Source: Bdellovibrionota bacterium (GTDB taxonomy: Bacteria > Bdellovibrionota_C > UBA2361 > OMII01). Taken from it: a stretch of 64,000 nucleotides of DNA. The stretch lies in assembly GCA_044360075.1 (NCBI GenBank), contig JBIKLA010000004.1, positions 51,034 through 115,033 on the forward strand, read 5' to 3'. The position numbers and the translations under genes are program-made. The notes below the pieces were generated by a model. It did no database searches and was not told the DNA's origin. It worked only from the letters and a program-made list of their open reading frames with translations. Shown here piece after piece: positions 62,470 to 64,000 of this stretch. Positions within the stretch are counted from its first letter, which is position 1, and each line of letters begins with the position of its first letter.

Positions 62470-62729
62470 TTAGGATGGTTAGATGCCTTTGGTAAAGCCC
62501 AAACCTGCGTGTTAATCGTGTCGCAACTAATTGTTATTGCTGCATATTTAAGGCCTCGTTTCGGCCCAGTGATATTTCTGGGGAAAAGTGAGAGAAAACC
62601 CCGTAAAAATTCGATTTTAAGGCATCTGCCGCCTGCGGTTTTTCGCGCGGTCACGGGGTAAGACAAGCGGCGAAGAGAATCGAGCAACACACCTACTTAG
62701 CTGTTGTTCCCACACTTCCCACAAGGAGC

Positions 62730-62738
62730 TGTGGATAA
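62730..62738 (-). promoter_or_regulatory. DnaA box (TTATCCACA, perfect, on minus strand)
   Basis: The plus strand reads TGTGGATAA. Confidence 0.6.
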
Positions 62739-62809
62739 AGTTTTAATCGGGTTAAACCAAGCGCATGATTACTTACTGAAGAGGCTTTAGAACCGGGAAC
62801 TTACAGCAC

Positions 62810-62818
62810 TTATCCACA
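62810..62818 (+). promoter_or_regulatory. DnaA box (TTATCCACA, perfect)
   Basis: Exact consensus. Flanked by degenerate boxes TGTGGAAAG (62834-62842) and TGTGGAAGG (62845-62853). Confidence 0.6.
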
Positions 62819-62910
62819 GTTTTTACCTGGGTGTGTGGAAAGGGTGTGGAAGGGTGTTGATAAGCCGGTAAAAACCACCCCTTACTCTCACTTAACCCCC
62901 TAGGAGCATG

Positions 62911-62943
62911 AAACAAAAGAAAGGGGACCTCGATGGGTCCCCT
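62911..62943 (-). terminator. Rho-independent terminator downstream of atpE
   Basis: 8-bp stem AGGGGACC/GGTCCCCT with a 6-nt loop. On the minus strand it is followed by UUUCUUUUGUUU. Confidence 0.6.
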
Positions 62944-62981
62944 TTCCTCGCTTCTTTGGAAAGCGCTTTATGCCGCGAGTC

Positions 62982-63308
62982 TTACTTCGTGAAGCTGAAC
63001 GCCACTACGAAGGCAAGGATCACGAGCGACTCGATAAGAGCCATACCGATGAGCATCGGGGCAAGAAGCTTGCCGCCTACCGACGGGTTGCGCCCGAAGG
63101 ACTCAAGCATTGCGCCGACGGCCTTTCCCTGGCCGATGCCGCCGCCGATAACCGCCATGCCGATGGCAAGGCCAGCGCCGATTGGGCCGAGCGATGAGCC
63201 GCCTGTAGCTCCTGCCTCTTCAGCAAAAGCTGCAACCGGAGCGATAGCTGCTACGAGCGCTGCTGCTGCGAGAGTCATTACCTTCGCGATTTTTTGTAGT
63301 GTTTTCAT
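62982..63308 (-). CDS. atpE: ATP synthase F0 subunit c
   Basis: Two TM hairpin with a conserved Glu (LIESLVILAF). GGAG RBS before MKTLQK. Confidence 0.85.
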   Translation of the reverse strand: MKTLQKIAKVMTLAAAALVAAIAPVAAFAEEAGATGGSSLGPIGAGLAIGMAVIGGGIGQGKAVGAMLESFGRNPSVGGKLLAPMLIGMALIESLVILAFVVAFSFTK

Positions 63309-63359
63309 CTTCATCTCCTTGGTTGTTGAAAGCGAGTAAATTAAACGTTTCAAAGGGTT

Positions 63360-64000
63360 TTAATGATGCTCTGCGCCCTCTTCGTGCGATGTTGCGAGCA
63401 TAATGTATATCATTGTGAGCACCGTGGGAACGAAGGCCTGCATAAAACAGACGAAGGTTCCGAGGGCGAAGAAAATCACAGGAACGACGTACGGAACAAG
63501 GTCCGTGAAAACCCCTAAAACCAGGTGATCCGCGTTTATATTCCAATAAAGACGCAGGTTGAGCGTGAGGATGCGTAGAACGGTTCCAAACAGCTCAAGC
63601 GGCAAGATAAACCACGCGAGCCACCACACTGGGCCCAGGAAGTGCTTAAAGTAGCGCACTGCTCCGTGCTCTTTAATTCCATGGTAGTTGAACGAGATGA
63701 AGATAAAGATAGCAACCGGCACCGTAGTCCAAACGGTCGTCGTAGCCGCGGGGATTCCCGGTATGAGCCCGATGATATTAAGCACGAACACGTAAAGAAA
63801 CACCGTCCCCGTTAACGGCAGGTACTTGCGGTTATCCTTGCCGAGGATCGAGTCCTGGAAAGCCACAAACGTTTCGATGAAGAAGTCAAAGAGGCCCGAA
63901 GTTGTTATCTTTGCCTCGGGTATTGCGCCCTCGTGCTCACCCTGAACGGCGCGGCGTTTTGCGAGGATTTTGGCGCTCCGTGAGCCAATCAACAGCAGAG
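63360..64000 (-). CDS. atpB: ATP synthase F0 subunit a (3' part; continues beyond window)
   Basis: Conserved LRILTLNLRLYWNINADHLVLG region with the essential Arg. Confidence 0.85.
   Translation of the reverse strand, partial: LLLIGSRSAKILAKRRAVQGEHEGAIPEAKITTSGLFDFFIETFVAFQDSILGKDNRKYLPLTGTVFLYVFVLNIIGLIPGIPAATTTVWTTVPVAIFIFISFNYHGIKEHGAVRYFKHFLGPVWWLAWFILPLELFGTVLRILTLNLRLYWNINADHLVLGVFTDLVPYVVPVIFFALGTFVCFMQAFVPTVLTMIYIMLATSHEEGAEHH

Overview
High-GC (~62-65%) bacterial chromosomal window with dense housekeeping genes on both strands. No rRNA, tRNA or CRISPR was recognised.

The F-type ATP synthase operon is split: atpB (partial) and atpE sit at the 3' edge, and atpF'-atpF-atpH-atpA-atpG-atpD-atpC sit at 10-16.3 kb. 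A bactofilin-parB-parA cluster is flanked by three perfect copies of a parS-like 16-bp palindrome, TGTTCCACGTGGAACA. An AONS-like aminotransferase that has lost its catalytic Lys and His lies upstream of parA. prfB carries the canonical RF2 +1 frameshift motif (GAGGGGGG-CTT-TGA-C) and an RF2-like leader peptide, but the three reading frames do not join cleanly in the sequence as given. A DnaA-box cluster lies between gyrB and atpE.

Recognisable genes are: a GspE/PilB ATPase and a partial NUDIX gene; phoH-ybeY; an AsmA-like protein; cinA; an M23 peptidase; ruvX; mltG; a MoxR-DUF58-vWA-vWA (Bat-like) cluster; an NDT-like/ribokinase pair; uvrD/pcrA; rlmE-mlaEFDC-rnhA; two GT-C-like membrane glycosyltransferases; and a GDPD phosphodiesterase.

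Four things stand out as unusual.
- A MotA/MotB-like stator pair is co-directional with, and directly follows, two tandem copies of an uncharacterised protein family. MotA carries a ~140-aa C-terminal helical tail. The MotB/OmpA protein (825 aa) has about nine 49-aa (147-bp) coiled-coil repeats inserted between its TM anchor and OmpA domain.
- That family (about 205-260 aa, conserved D-x-A-x-A-H...L-x-G-x-x-L-F...V-R-x-E-G-G core) has at least five intact copies plus one frameshifted copy in 64 kb.
- A ~2.8-kb lower-GC insert is bounded by ~150-bp imperfect direct repeats that duplicate the 3' end of a gene for a membrane-anchored, low-complexity protein. The insert carries a secreted protein and a PaaK-like adenylate-forming enzyme.
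- A 35-aa basic ORF with a perfect RBS lies next to gyrB.
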